DNA from: an uncultured Massilia sp.
GTDB lineage: Bacteria; Pseudomonadota; Gammaproteobacteria; Burkholderiales; Burkholderiaceae_D
DNA length: 64,000 nucleotides
Assembly: GCA_963529995.1 (NCBI GenBank)
Contig: CAUSCY010000008.1
Location: 26,933-90,932, forward strand
Reading direction: 5' to 3'
Shown: positions 17,582 to 29,839 of the stretch, piece after piece
Position numbering within the stretch: position 1 is the first letter of the stretch
Layout of the letters: the number at the start of each line of letters is the position of its first letter
The notes under the pieces: model-generated
Database searches by the model: none
The model's input: only the letters and a program-made list of their open reading frames with translations
What the model was told of the DNA's origin: nothing
Program-made: the position numbers and the translations under genes

Positions 17582-17664
17582 CGTCGTTCCTGCGAAGGCA
17601 GGGACCTAATTTTGTCCGCGTGGATGCGAAAAAAATTGGGCCCCTGCCTTCGCAGGGGTGACGG
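17582..17664. repeat. MITE-like inverted-pair element, family B
   Basis: Arms CGTCGTTCCTGCGAAGGCAGGGACCTAATTTT ... AAAAATTGGGCCCCTGCCTTCGCAGGGGTGACGG. Confidence 0.8.
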
Positions 17665-17665
17665 G

Positions 17666-18931
17666 TCAGTTGCGAATTTCTCCGTGGCCGAACACCACGT
17701 ATTTCAGGGACGTGAGTCCTTCCAGTCCGACGGGTCCGCGCGCATGCAGCTTGTCGTTCGAGATGCCGATCTCGGCGCCCAGGCCGTATTCGAAGCCGTC
17801 GGCGAAGCGCGTCGACGCGTTCACCATCACCGAGGCCGAGTCGACCTCGCGCAGGAAGCGCATGGCGTCCGTGTAGTTTTCGGTGACGATGGCGTCCGTG
17901 TGCTTCGACGAATACGTGTTGATGTGGTCGATCGCCTCGTCGATGCCGGCGACGATCTTCACGGCCAGGATCGGCGCCAGGTATTCCGTGCTCCAGTCCT
18001 CGTCGCTGGCCGCGGCCAGGTAGGGGTAGTCCTGCAGGATCGCCTGCGCTTCCGTGTCGGCGCGCAGCTCGACTTCCTTGTCCGCGTACAGCACGGCCAG
18101 GCGCGGCAGCACGCTGGGGGCGATTTCGCGCGCCACCAGCAGCGTCTCCATCGTGTTGCAGGTGCCGTAGCGGTGGGTCTTGGCGTTCAGGGCGATCGGC
18201 AGCGCCTTCTCGATGTCGGCCTTGTCGTCGATATAGACGTGGCAGATGCCGTCCAGGTGCTTGATCATCGGGACCGTCGCTTCCTGCATCAGGCGCGCGA
18301 TCAGGCCCTTGCCGCCGCGCGGCACGATCACGTCGACGTATTCCGGCATCGTGATCAGGGCGCCGACGGCGGCGCGGTCGGTCGTGTCGACCACCTGCAC
18401 GCCGTGTTCCGGCAGGCCGGCGCCGGCCAGGCCCTCGGCCACCAGCAGCGCCAGCGCGCGGTTGCAGTGGATCGCTTCCGAACCGCCGCGCAGGATCGCC
18501 GCGTTGCCGCTCTTGATGCACAGGCCGGCCGCGTCGACCGTCACGTTGGGGCGGGCTTCGTAGATGATGCCGATGACGCCCAGCGGCACGCGCATCTGGC
18601 CGACCTGGATGCCGCTCGGGCGGAACTTCATGCCGGAGATCTCGCCGATCGGGTCCGGCAGCGCGACGATCTGACGCAGGCCGTCGACCATCGTGGCGAT
18701 CGCCTTGTCGGACAATGCCAGTCGGTCCAGCAGCGCCGGCGCCAGGCCGCCCGCGCGGGCGGCCTCGAGGTCGCGTTCGTTGGCGGCGCGCAGCAGGGCC
18801 GCGTCGCGTTCGATCGCGTCGGCGATCAGCAGCAGCGCCTTGTTGCGGGTGGCGCCGTCGGCGCGCGCCATCGCGCGCGAGGCGGCGCGCGCCTGGCGGC
18901 CGGTGTGGTGCATGTAGTCGGTGATATCCAT
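17666..18931 (-). CDS. proA: glutamate-5-semialdehyde dehydrogenase
   Basis: Full-length collinear ProA pattern ([24 protein letters not shown]). Confidence 0.95.
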   Translation of the reverse strand: MDITDYMHHTGRQARAASRAMARADGATRNKALLLIADAIERDAALLRAANERDLEAARAGGLAPALLDRLALSDKAIATMVDGLRQIVALPDPIGEISGMKFRPSGIQVGQMRVPLGVIGIIYEARPNVTVDAAGLCIKSGNAAILRGGSEAIHCNRALALLVAEGLAGAGLPEHGVQVVDTTDRAAVGALITMPEYVDVIVPRGGKGLIARLMQEATVPMIKHLDGICHVYIDDKADIEKALPIALNAKTHRYGTCNTMETLLVAREIAPSVLPRLAVLYADKEVELRADTEAQAILQDYPYLAAASDEDWSTEYLAPILAVKIVAGIDEAIDHINTYSSKHTDAIVTENYTDAMRFLREVDSASVMVNASTRFADGFEYGLGAEIGISNDKLHARGPVGLEGLTSLKYVVFGHGEIRN

Positions 18932-18957
18932 GTGCCTCGTCCGTTCAATGTACGCAC

Positions 18958-19055
18958 GGTGGGCACGTGGTGCCCACCCTACGGGTCGGTCGCACGGCGG
19001 GCAGCATGCCCGCCAGCGCCCCAGGATGTCGCAGGGCGGGCATCACATGCCCACC
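18958..19055. repeat. REP cluster, family A (GGTGGGCA...TGCCCACC hairpins, 3 units)
   Basis: Units GGTGGGCACGTGGTGCCCACC, GGCGGGCAGCATGCCCGCC and GGGCGGGCATCACATGCCCACC. Confidence 0.8.
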
Positions 19056-19072
19056 GCGTTGTGCCACGCCTG

Positions 19073-20086
19073 TTACGACGCCACGCGCAGCGCCAGCTGC
19101 AGCATCGCATCCCACGCGTCGCCCGCGAACTGCTTCGCGCGCAGGCCCTTGACCATCTTGTCGACCTGGGCCGCCTGCTGCAGCGCCGCTTCCAGCGTCG
19201 GCAGCGAGATCCTGCGCAGCGCCGGTTCCATCATGCGCTCGCGCGGGCCCCAGATCCGGTATTCCTTCAGCAGCGCGCCCAGCGGACGGCCCTGGGCCAT
19301 GCCGGCCTTCAGTTTCAGCAGCGTGCGGATTTCCTCGGACACGGCCCACAGCACCAGCGGCAGTGCCTCGCCCTCGCCCTTCAGGCCTTCCAGCATGCGC
19401 ACGAGGCGCGCCGGGTCGCCGGCCAGCATCGCTTCGGACAGCTTGAACACGTCGTAGCGCGCCACGTTGAGCACGGCGTCCATCACCTGTTCGTAGGTCA
19501 GCTTGCCCGGCTCGTACAACAGGCCCAGCTTCTGGATTTCCTGGTGCGCCGCCAGCAGGTTGCCCTCCACGCGGTCGGCGATGAAATCCAGGCTCTGGCG
19601 GTCCGCGCTCTGCTGCTGGTTCGACAGGCGCATGCCGATCCAGCCCGGCAGCTGGGCACGTTCGACATTGGGGATCTCGACGTACACGGCGGCCTGCTGC
19701 AGCGCCCCCACCCACGACGATTTCGCCGTCTGCCAGTCCAGCTTGGGCAGCGTGATCATCGTCAGGTTGTCGGGGTTCAGGTCCTTGGCATAGCTTTGCA
19801 GGGCCGCGCTGCCATCCTTGCCCGGCTTGCCGCCGGGGATGCGCAGCTCGATCAGCTTCTTGTCGCCGAACAGGGACATTTCCTGGTTGGCGGCGAGCAG
19901 CTCGCCCCACTTGAAGTTGCGCTCGACCGTGAGCACGTCGCGCTCGGAAAAGCCCTGCGCGCGCGCCTTGCTGCGGATCTTGTCCGCCGCCTCCAGCGCC
20001 AGCAGGTGTTCGTCGCTGGTGATCACGTACAGGGACGCGAGCCCCTTGGCGAGGTGCCCGTCGAGCGCCTCCAACCGCAACTGCAT
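19073..20086 (-). CDS. holA: DNA polymerase III subunit delta
   Basis: Position in lptE-holA synteny, size, and N-terminal LYVITSDEHLL pattern. Confidence 0.88.
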   Translation of the reverse strand: MQLRLEALDGHLAKGLASLYVITSDEHLLALEAADKIRSKARAQGFSERDVLTVERNFKWGELLAANQEMSLFGDKKLIELRIPGGKPGKDGSAALQSYAKDLNPDNLTMITLPKLDWQTAKSSWVGALQQAAVYVEIPNVERAQLPGWIGMRLSNQQQSADRQSLDFIADRVEGNLLAAHQEIQKLGLLYEPGKLTYEQVMDAVLNVARYDVFKLSEAMLAGDPARLVRMLEGLKGEGEALPLVLWAVSEEIRTLLKLKAGMAQGRPLGALLKEYRIWGPRERMMEPALRRISLPTLEAALQQAAQVDKMVKGLRAKQFAGDAWDAMLQLALRVAS

Positions 20087-20099
20087 GGCGATCCTTTCC

Positions 20100-20633
20100 T
20101 TATCCTGCCGTCTTGGCGGCGGCCAGGCGACGGATGATCTGCTGCACCAGGTCGGCCTGCATGTCGCGGTACAGCAGCGCTTCCTCGGCTTCCTTGGCCA
20201 GCACCTGGGTCTCGTCGAACGCCATGTTGCGGCGCAGGGAGATCTCGGTCGCCGGGATCAGCTCGACGCCCTTCGGATCGCGCACCGTGTACGACAGCGT
20301 ATAGGTCAGCAGGTATTCGCGCGCGCGGCCCAGGCTGTTCAGCGACAGGATCGACTTGCCGCGGTTCTCGCCCAGCACGACGAACTGCGCTTCCGCGTTC
20401 TCCGGCTTGTCGGCGATGACCACCTGGTCCGTCGCGCGCAGGTTGCGCTTCAGTTCCGTGCCCAGCTGCGAGTTGTCCGGGAAGCCGATGTACATGCTGT
20501 GGAACGGGATCGTGTAGCTGCCGTTCGAACCGCGCAGCTGGAAGCCGCAGCCCGCCAGCGTACTTGCCACCAGCAGGGCCGCGCTTGCACGCACCAGCGC
20601 GCGCACCATGATGTTCTTGTTCATGGCGCGCAT
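20100..20633 (-). CDS. lptE: LPS-assembly lipoprotein LptE
   Basis: Lipobox LAGC followed by GFQLRG. Directly downstream of leuS. Start is ATG 20633 or 20624. Confidence 0.85.
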   Translation of the reverse strand: MRAMNKNIMVRALVRASAALLVASTLAGCGFQLRGSNGSYTIPFHSMYIGFPDNSQLGTELKRNLRATDQVVIADKPENAEAQFVVLGENRGKSILSLNSLGRAREYLLTYTLSYTVRDPKGVELIPATEISLRRNMAFDETQVLAKEAEEALLYRDMQADLVQQIIRRLAAAKTAG

Positions 20634-20635
20634 CC

Positions 20636-23326
<2,691 letters not shown>

Positions 23327-23381
23327 TCATTCGTCCAGCGGCGTTGGCTGACGGGCAAGGAAATGAGCCCGTGGAATGGCT

Positions 23382-23462
23382 GGTGGGCACGTGGTGCCCA
23401 CCCTGCGGGTCGCATGCATCACGACGTCCGGGCGTCGTAGGGTAGGCACCCCCGTGCCCACC
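23382..23462. repeat. REP cluster, family A (2 units)
   Basis: Units GGTGGGCACGTGGTGCCCACC and GGGTAGGCACCCCCGTGCCCACC. Confidence 0.8.
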
Positions 23463-23479
23463 ATGGCGTCGACGCGACG

Positions 23480-23806
23480 TCAGCGCAATTCGAGTTCGAG
23501 CGCCGGCTTCTCGCCGTAGTCCTCGTAGCGCTCGTTGATGCCGATGATGCAGAACGCCATTTCTTCCAGCACGTCCTCGGCGCGCTCGCGCAGGGCGTCG
23601 GAGTGGGTGACGACGATGTGCAGGGTCTCGTCCGGGCCCAGGCGGATGCTGCTCATGCCGTCCTCGTCGCGCAGGTAGCTCAGGCAGTCGACCCAGGAAT
23701 CCATCGTGTGCGGATACGAGTCGGGAAAGCCGAAGGCGCGCGCGCTCTCGGCGTGGAAGCTTTCGGCGTCGACGATTGCGGCGCCGTTCAGTTCGACGGT
23801 GGCCAT
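23480..23806 (-). CDS. barstar-family ribonuclease inhibitor
   Basis: LNGAAIVDAESFHAESARAFGFPDSYPHTMDSWVDCLSYL parallels barstar [49 protein letters not shown] lies before the ATG. Confidence 0.75.
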   Translation of the reverse strand: MATVELNGAAIVDAESFHAESARAFGFPDSYPHTMDSWVDCLSYLRDEDGMSSIRLGPDETLHIVVTHSDALRERAEDVLEEMAFCIIGINERYEDYGEKPALELELR

Positions 23807-23824
23807 GGGGCTCCTCCTTCATCC

Positions 23825-23906
23825 CGTCGTTCCCGCGGAGGCGGGAACCCATGCTGAGCCGACCGAGATCACTTCAGTATGGATTCCCGCCTACGCGGGA
23901 ATGACG
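23825..23906. repeat. MITE-like inverted-pair element, family C (TTCCCGCG-GAGG-CGGGAA arms)
   Basis: Arms CGTCGTTCCCGCGGAGGCGGGAACCCATGCTGAG ... CTTCAGTATGGATTCCCGCCTACGCGGGAATGACG. Confidence 0.8.
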
Positions 23907-24024
23907 TTGTTTTAGTGCGTAGTGACGTTTACTGTGCGGAAATGAAAACGCCCGCCTCCCGGTCAGTATGCCAGCAGTTCGCCGGCAAAGCCGTCCAGTT
24001 CGGCGGGCGCGATGGTGCGCGGTC

Positions 24025-24834
24025 TTACCTGTTCAGGCCGAGCACGTCCTGCATGTCGTACAGCCCGGTCGGCTTGTCGGCCAGGAAGCGCGCGGCGCGC
24101 AGCGAGCCCTGGGCGTAGCTGACGCGGCTGCTCGACTTGTGGCTGATCTCGATGCGCTCGCCGGTGCCGGCGAACAGCACGGTGTGGTCGCCCACGATGT
24201 CGCCGCCGCGCACGGTGGCGAAGCCGATCGTCGACGGGTCGCGCTCGCCGGTCACGCCTTCGCGGCCGTAGACGGCGCATTCCTTCAGGTCGCGGCCCAG
24301 CGCGTCGGCGATGACCTCGCCCATCTTCAGCGCGGTGCCGGACGGGGCGTCGACCTTGTGGCGGTGGTGGGCTTCGATGATCTCGATGTCGTAACCTTCC
24401 GAGAAATTCTGCGCCGCCATCTGGAGCAATTTCAGCGTGACGTTCACGCCGATGCTCATGTTCGGGGCGAACACGACCGAGGTCTTTTGGGCCGCGGCCT
24501 GGATCGCCGCCTTGCCGGCCTCGTCGAAGCCGGTGGTGCCGACGATGACCTTGATGCCGTGCGCGGCGCAGTATTCCAGGTAGCGCAGCGTGCCTTCCGG
24601 ACGGGTGAAGTCGATCAGGTAGTCGGCGCCGGCCAGGCCCTTGTCGAGGTCGGACTGGATCACGACGCCCGTCAGCTGGCCGGAAAACGCGCCGGCGTCG
24701 GAACCGATGAAGGGCGAACCTTCGCGGTCCAGGGCGCCGGACAGGACGGCGTCCGGGGCCGCGGCGATCGCCTCGATCAGCATGCGGCCCATGCGGCCGC
24801 TGGCGCCGGCCACGGCGATGTTCAGCTGTGCCAT
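24025..24834 (-). CDS. dapB: 4-hydroxy-tetrahydrodipicolinate reductase
   Basis: [16 protein letters not shown] and [18 protein letters not shown] 24834 is preferred over GTG 24840. Confidence 0.95.
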   Translation of the reverse strand: MAQLNIAVAGASGRMGRMLIEAIAAAPDAVLSGALDREGSPFIGSDAGAFSGQLTGVVIQSDLDKGLAGADYLIDFTRPEGTLRYLEYCAAHGIKVIVGTTGFDEAGKAAIQAAAQKTSVVFAPNMSIGVNVTLKLLQMAAQNFSEGYDIEIIEAHHRHKVDAPSGTALKMGEVIADALGRDLKECAVYGREGVTGERDPSTIGFATVRGGDIVGDHTVLFAGTGERIEISHKSSSRVSYAQGSLRAARFLADKPTGLYDMQDVLGLNR

Positions 24835-24836
24835 GC

Positions 24837-25448
24837 TCACTCCCCCTTCGCCGACTTCTCGCGCGAGCGCTTCAGGTCGGACAGCGACTCGTCCTCGGAC
24901 TTGGTCTCGTACTTCGAGATGCCGATCAGGCGGTTGATGTAGTCGCGTTCGCTCGGCAGGTTGCCGCCGTCGATGCGGGCGACCTGGTTGTCCTTGAAGA
25001 AGACGGTGACGCGGCTGGTGGTCAGCTCGCCGTTGCCGCGTGCGAGGTAGAACGGGTAATCCCAGCGGTCGGCGTGGAAGGCGTCGGTCAGCAGCGGGGT
25101 GCCGAGGATGAACTTGACCTGGTCGCGGGTCTGGCCGACCTTCAGCTGGTTCAGCATTTCCTGCGAAACGAAGTTACCTTGCTGGATGTCCGGACGGTAG
25201 GGAGAAAACACCCACAGGAATTTCTGCAGCTTGGTGACGGTGGTGGTTTGCGCGCCGGAGTTGGCGATTGCCGCGGACTTGTCGGCATCGGCGGCGGCCG
25301 CGGCAGGCGCGGTGCTCACCGGGGCTGCCGGCTTGGTCTGGTTGCGCCAGGATGCGCAGCCCGAGACCAGCAGCGCCGTGCAGGCGAGGCCGGCCACGAG
25401 CGCGGCCCGCGCGTGGGAACGATGGAGAACGGCTTTCTTGGTGCGCAT
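24837..25448 (-). CDS. bamE: outer membrane protein assembly factor BamE
   Basis: Lipobox VSGC. SmpA/OmlA core [33 protein letters not shown]. Confidence 0.8.
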   Translation of the reverse strand: MRTKKAVLHRSHARAALVAGLACTALLVSGCASWRNQTKPAAPVSTAPAAAAADADKSAAIANSGAQTTTVTKLQKFLWVFSPYRPDIQQGNFVSQEMLNQLKVGQTRDQVKFILGTPLLTDAFHADRWDYPFYLARGNGELTTSRVTVFFKDNQVARIDGGNLPSERDYINRLIGISKYETKSEDESLSDLKRSREKSAKGE

Positions 25449-25652
25449 AGACTGACCTTAAAATCGATGGAGAACCGCGTAATGCTTGCTGCACGCCGCC
25501 CGGCTGGGAGAAAATACGCGCTGTACATCCGTACAGTCGAATTTGTTGTAAAAACGACCAGCGGTCACGACGTTTTTCGCAGCCTCCGTATGAGCGGGAG
25601 CTCCGAAAACGCTATATCATAAAGCACTCCGCCCATATACGAGTAACAAAAC

Positions 25653-26084
25653 ATGAGCAACAACCCAACCGACCTGAAGGCCAGCGGCCTCAAAGCGACG
25701 CTGCCGCGCCTGAAAATCCTGGAGATATTCCAGAACAGTCCGGTACGGCACCTGACGGCGGAAGACGTCTACAAGACCCTGCTGAGCGATAACATGGACG
25801 TGGGCCTGGCCACCGTCTACCGCGTGCTGACCCAGTTCGAACAGGCTGGCCTGCTGAACCGCAACCACTTCGAAACCGGCAAGGCGATCTACGAACTGAA
25901 CGCCGGCTCGCACCACGACCACCTGGTCTGCCTCGATTGCGGCCACGTGGAAGAGTTCTACGACGAGGAAATCGAAAGCCGCCAGACCAAGATCGCGGCC
26001 GAGCGCGGCTTCAAGATCGCCGAACACGCGCTGGCCATCTACGGCAACTGCGTCAAGACGGACTGCCCGCGCCGCAATAACTGA
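25653..26084 (+). CDS. fur: ferric uptake regulator
   Basis: LKILEIF...HLTAEDVYK winged helix. HHDHLVCLDCGHVEEF metal site. Confidence 0.95.
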   Translation: MSNNPTDLKASGLKATLPRLKILEIFQNSPVRHLTAEDVYKTLLSDNMDVGLATVYRVLTQFEQAGLLNRNHFETGKAIYELNAGSHHDHLVCLDCGHVEEFYDEEIESRQTKIAAERGFKIAEHALAIYGNCVKTDCPRRNN

Positions 26085-26096
26085 GCGCAGGCACAC

Positions 26097-26135
26097 AAAA
26101 AAAATGCCGCCGGGGCGACCTGGCGGCATTTTTTT
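26097..26135. terminator. bidirectional rho-independent terminator
   Basis: A8-ATGCCGCC-loop10-GGCGGCAT-T7, downstream of fur. Confidence 0.75.
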
Positions 26136-26156
26136 CGTCTGTCGCGTGCGTATCTC

Positions 26157-26244
26157 CGTCGCCCCTGCGAAGGCAGGGGTCCAATTTTGCATGCGCAGTC
26201 GACCTGCGTGCGAAATCAGGCCCCTGCCTGCGCAGGGGCGACGG
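26157..26244. repeat. MITE-like inverted-pair element, family B
   Basis: Arms CGTCGCCCCTGCGAAGGCAGGGGTCCAATTTT ... AATCAGGCCCCTGCCTGCGCAGGGGCGACGG. Confidence 0.8.
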
Positions 26245-26248
26245 GTGT

Positions 26249-27262
26249 TCAGGAATGGCTGAGCGCGTTCGACAACAGCTTGGCCGTGATGTCGACGATC
26301 GGGATCACGCGTTCGTAGGCCATGCGGGTGGGGCCGATCACGCCCAGCGTACCGACGATCTTGCCGTTGACCTCGTAGGGGGCGGTGACGACGCTCATCT
26401 CGTCCATCGGCACCAGCTTCGATTCGCCGCCGATGAAGATCTGTACGCCGCCGGCCTTGCTGGAGACGTCCAGCAGCTGCATCAGGCCCGTCTTCTGCTC
26501 GAACATCTCGAACAACTGGCGCAGCGAGCTCATGTTCGACGACAGGTCGGAAACGGACAGCAGGTTGCGCTCGCCGGCGATGACCATGTCGTCGGTCTCG
26601 GCCAGCGCCTCGCTGCCCGCCTCCACCGCGGCCTGCATCAGGCGCCCCATGTCGTCGCGCAGCTGGCGCAGCTCGCCCGTCAGGCGGCCGCGCACCTCGT
26701 CGAAGGTCAGGCCGGCGAAATGCTGGTTCAGGTAATTGGCCGACTGCGTCAGCTGGGCCGGCGAATAATCGACATCGGTCAGCAGCAAGCGGTTCTGGAC
26801 GTCGCCGCGCGGGTCGACGATGACGAGCAGGATGCGTTTTTCCGACAAACGCAGGAATTCGATCTGCTGGAACGTCGATTCGCGCCGCGGGCTCTGCACC
26901 ACGCCGGCGAACTGCGACAGCGAGGACAGCATCTGGGCCGCGTTGGCCAGCACCTTCTGCGGCTGGTGCGCAGGCAGGCGCATGCCGGCCTGGACCGCAT
27001 TCTCGTCGATCGAGCCCACCGTCAGCAGCGTATCGACGAAGATGCGGTAGCCGCGCGGCGTCGGGATCCTGCCGGCCGAGGTGTGGGGGCTGGCGACGTA
27101 GCCCATCTCCTCGAGGTCGGCCATGATGTTGCGGATGGTCGCGGGCGACAGGTCGAGCCCGGAAATCTTCGACAGCGCGCGCGAACCGACCGGCTGGCCG
27201 TCGGCGATATAGCGCTCGACCAGGGCCTTCAGCAGGGTTTGTGCACGGTGATCGAGTTGCAT
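26249..27262 (-). CDS. hrcA: heat-inducible transcriptional repressor HrcA
   Basis: Start ATG 27262 ([31 protein letters not shown]). Full-length HrcA pattern. Confidence 0.9.
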   Translation of the reverse strand: MQLDHRAQTLLKALVERYIADGQPVGSRALSKISGLDLSPATIRNIMADLEEMGYVASPHTSAGRIPTPRGYRIFVDTLLTVGSIDENAVQAGMRLPAHQPQKVLANAAQMLSSLSQFAGVVQSPRRESTFQQIEFLRLSEKRILLVIVDPRGDVQNRLLLTDVDYSPAQLTQSANYLNQHFAGLTFDEVRGRLTGELRQLRDDMGRLMQAAVEAGSEALAETDDMVIAGERNLLSVSDLSSNMSSLRQLFEMFEQKTGLMQLLDVSSKAGGVQIFIGGESKLVPMDEMSVVTAPYEVNGKIVGTLGVIGPTRMAYERVIPIVDITAKLLSNALSHS

Positions 27263-27356
27263 GGCGTTGGAACGGGCGGACGGAACCGCTCGGTGTGATT
27301 CAATCTGGGTGGTGTAATGATTGCCATTATGCCTGTTCGCCGGCCGGGACGGACGG

Positions 27357-28163
27357 TCATCCGCGCGCGTCCTTGCGCTTTTCGCCATCGTCGCGGTTTT
27401 CCTCGCGTTGTTCCGCGCGCAGTTCTGCACGCAGCTCTCCATGTTCGCGCTGCAGCCAGTCGAGCAGTTCGTCGAAATCGCGCACGATCGCATCCGGCAC
27501 CACCTCGTGCTCGAGATGCCTGGTGGAGCCCGTCCGGTTCATCCACACGGCGCGCAGGCCGGCCTTCTGGGCGCCCTGCACGTCGAGCAGGACGTCGTCG
27601 CCGACGTAGACGGCATCCTCCGGCGCCACGCCCAGTTCGCGGCAGGCGGCCAGGAAGATCGCCGCATCCGGCTTGGCCACGCCCAACTGGTGCGCCGCCA
27701 CCGATACCTTGAAATGGTGCGACAGGCCGATGGTCTGCAGGTCGGCATTGCCGTTGGAGATGGAGCCGACCAGCAGCATGTCCTGCAGGCGCGCCAGGCC
27801 CGGCAAGACGTCGTCGTAGGGCACCACGGCGTTGCGGGCCGCGAAGTAGCGCGCCATCGCCCCTTCGATGCGGGCCCCATCCTCGCCCGCGTCCTCGCCG
27901 GCCGCCTCGAACGCGGCCGCCAGGCCGGCGCGGCGCAGCTTGCCCAGGTCGAGGTGGTATTCCGGCTGGCGCGCCAGCAGGTCCAGGCGCGCCTGGCGCA
28001 GGGTCTCGATAGTGAAGCGCTCGGCCACGCGCGGCGCATGGTCGCGCAGCCAGGCGTAGACGGACTCCTCGGCTTGCAGGATCGCGGGAGCGATCGGCCA
28101 CAGGGTGTCGTCGAGATCGAACAGGATGGCCTTCGGCCAGGGGCGGGAGCTGGTGGGGGTCAT
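27357..28163 (-). CDS. HAD-superfamily hydrolase
   Basis: Start ATG 28163. Motif [11 protein letters not shown]. Motif IV-like [11 protein letters not shown]. Confidence 0.8.
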   Translation of the reverse strand: MTPTSSRPWPKAILFDLDDTLWPIAPAILQAEESVYAWLRDHAPRVAERFTIETLRQARLDLLARQPEYHLDLGKLRRAGLAAAFEAAGEDAGEDGARIEGAMARYFAARNAVVPYDDVLPGLARLQDMLLVGSISNGNADLQTIGLSHHFKVSVAAHQLGVAKPDAAIFLAACRELGVAPEDAVYVGDDVLLDVQGAQKAGLRAVWMNRTGSTRHLEHEVVPDAIVRDFDELLDWLQREHGELRAELRAEQREENRDDGEKRKDARG

Positions 28164-28384
28164 GCTGGGAGGAATGGTAGGAAGCGGTCCAAGCATAGCG
28201 AGGCGCGTCGTGAAAATCAATGGCGCGAGTCCGCAGCCGCGTTGCATAAAGCCCATCGTTACACCGCGATACAAAGGCAAAATGGATAGCTTCCTGGCAA
28301 ATGGACTAAAATGACGAGCATTTTTCTATTCAGCGGTACCGGCGCCGGGTTTGTGCGCTTCGTCCGTCCAAACTGGAGATTCAC

Positions 28385-28990
28385 ATGAAGAGTTCGATCC
28401 TGCGTGCCGGCGTTGCGCTGGCATGCGCGCTGGGCCTTGCCGCATGCGGCGGCGGGGACGGCGATCTGTACCTGCAAGGCTCGGTCACCGGCGTCAACAA
28501 GGATGGCCTGGTGCTGGAGAATGGTGGCGAAACCGTGGCGGTGACGTCGGCGACCAACTACGCGTCCTTCACCTTCCCGAACCGCGTGTCGACCGACGAC
28601 CGGTTCAATATCACGGTCAAGACCTCCCCGTCGAATAACAAGAACTGCCGGGTCATCAACGGTTCGGCGCGCGCCAACTACTACACCATCTACCAGATCA
28701 GCGTGACCTGCGACATCGTGACGCACCCGTTCGCCGTCGCCGTGAACGGCTTGACGGGCACGGGCCTGACCATCGTCAACGGCACCGACCGCCGTGACGT
28801 GGCGGCCGGCGCCACCCGCGTGGAAATGAGCGAAGTCTACGAAGACTACGCCTATGGCGTCACCATCCTGAACCAGCCGGCGGGCCAGACCTGCACCGTC
28901 AGCGGCGGCGACAACGGCACCGGTTCCGGCAAGATGGGTTCGACCGCCCTGGACGGCAAGGTCGTCGTCACCTGCGTCGCAAAGAGCTAA
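28385..28990 (+). CDS. lipoprotein with two roughly 85-aa Cys-bracketed repeat domains
   Basis: Lipobox LAAC. Internal duplication; the second domain ends in GVTILNQPAGQTCTVSGGDNGTGSG...VVVTC. Confidence 0.7.
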   Translation: MKSSILRAGVALACALGLAACGGGDGDLYLQGSVTGVNKDGLVLENGGETVAVTSATNYASFTFPNRVSTDDRFNITVKTSPSNNKNCRVINGSARANYYTIYQISVTCDIVTHPFAVAVNGLTGTGLTIVNGTDRRDVAAGATRVEMSEVYEDYAYGVTILNQPAGQTCTVSGGDNGTGSGKMGSTALDGKVVVTCVAKS

Positions 28991-29685
28991 TGGAGATGAA
29001 GCAGATGAAGTTTTCCCTCGTGCCCAAGGCACTTGCCCTGGCGGCAGCGGTCACGCTGGCCTCGTGCGGCGGCGGCGGCAAGGCCACCTTCCCAATCAAT
29101 GTCACCGTCAGCGGCCTCGTGTATCCGAACCTGGTGATGACGACCAACGGCCAGAGCTACAAGGTCAATCCGCCGGCCAGGAATGCCGACGGTACCATTC
29201 CTCAAGTTAAGTTCGTGTTCCCGAACGAAATCGAGTACGGCACCGTCTACAACGTCGTTCCGAACCCGAACCCGGCGCACCAGAGCTGCGTGAACAGCCC
29301 GTTCCCCGTGACCGGCACGGCCGGCCAGCTGGCCGTGATCGATATCCAATACGTCTGCTCGATCCTTGCCTACCCCCTGTCGGGTACCGTCAAGGGCTTG
29401 ACCGGAACGGGCCTGGTGATCGCCAACGGCAGCACCGGAGGCACGATCGGCGTGGCGCCGGTGCTCGACGCCAACAACAAGCCTACCGGCGCTGACACGG
29501 TGTTTGCACTGCCGATCAGTATCCCGTTCGCAAGCACCTACGGCGTGACCATCCTGACGCAACCGGCTGGCCAGACCTGCACGCTGACCGGCGGTGCCAA
29601 TGGCACGGGTGCCGGCACCATCGACGAAGCGATCGAAACGGCAGGCGGCGTCAAGAACTTCGTCGTCACCTGCACCAACACCTGA
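28990..29685 (+). CDS. lipoprotein paralogue (same two-domain architecture)
   Basis: TAATG overlap with the previous gene. Lipobox LASC. C-terminal YGVTILTQPAGQTCTLTGGANGTGAG...FVVTC. Start could be 28990, 28996 or 29005. Confidence 0.7.
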   Translation: MEMKQMKFSLVPKALALAAAVTLASCGGGGKATFPINVTVSGLVYPNLVMTTNGQSYKVNPPARNADGTIPQVKFVFPNEIEYGTVYNVVPNPNPAHQSCVNSPFPVTGTAGQLAVIDIQYVCSILAYPLSGTVKGLTGTGLVIANGSTGGTIGVAPVLDANNKPTGADTVFALPISIPFASTYGVTILTQPAGQTCTLTGGANGTGAGTIDEAIETAGGVKNFVVTCTNT

Positions 29686-29812
29686 GTGATCGGGCGAGGA
29701 GACATACAGGAAACGCATATCATGTATTCCAAACAAAAATTGGACTGATATGTTGTGGTGCACCATAATTGCACCTGTCTCCTCCAACTCTCCTCAAAAA
29801 GAATTGGATTTA

Positions 29813-29839
29813 AGCCCGCCTCACCGCGGGCTTTTTTTT
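29813..29839 (+). terminator. rho-independent terminator
   Basis: GCCCGC-CTCACC-GCGGGC followed by T8. Confidence 0.8.

Noticed and set aside
23879-24118. ORFs beginning MDSRLRGND... or MGSRLRGND... (also 23295..23852 and 57395..58321)
   Set aside because: These start inside MITE/REP arms. The peptide is the well-known translation artefact of the GGAATCC/CGCGGGAA repeat.
23963-24280. A 105-aa minus-strand ORF ending ...PRTIAPAELDGFAGELLAY*
   Set aside because: All but the last about 20 codons overlap dapB in a different frame. The free tail is too short to support a gene or a gene remnant.
27263-27356. Looked for a CIRCE element (TTAGCACTC-N9-GAGTGCTAA) or a clear sigma32 promoter upstream of hrcA
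   Set aside because: No convincing match is visible, so none is reported.
29721-29747. An 8-codon mini-ORF (MYSKQKLD*) in the AT-rich segment after the lipoprotein genes
   Set aside because: It has no SD and no downstream gene it could regulate on that strand before the terminator. It is probably a chance ORF in AT-rich DNA.
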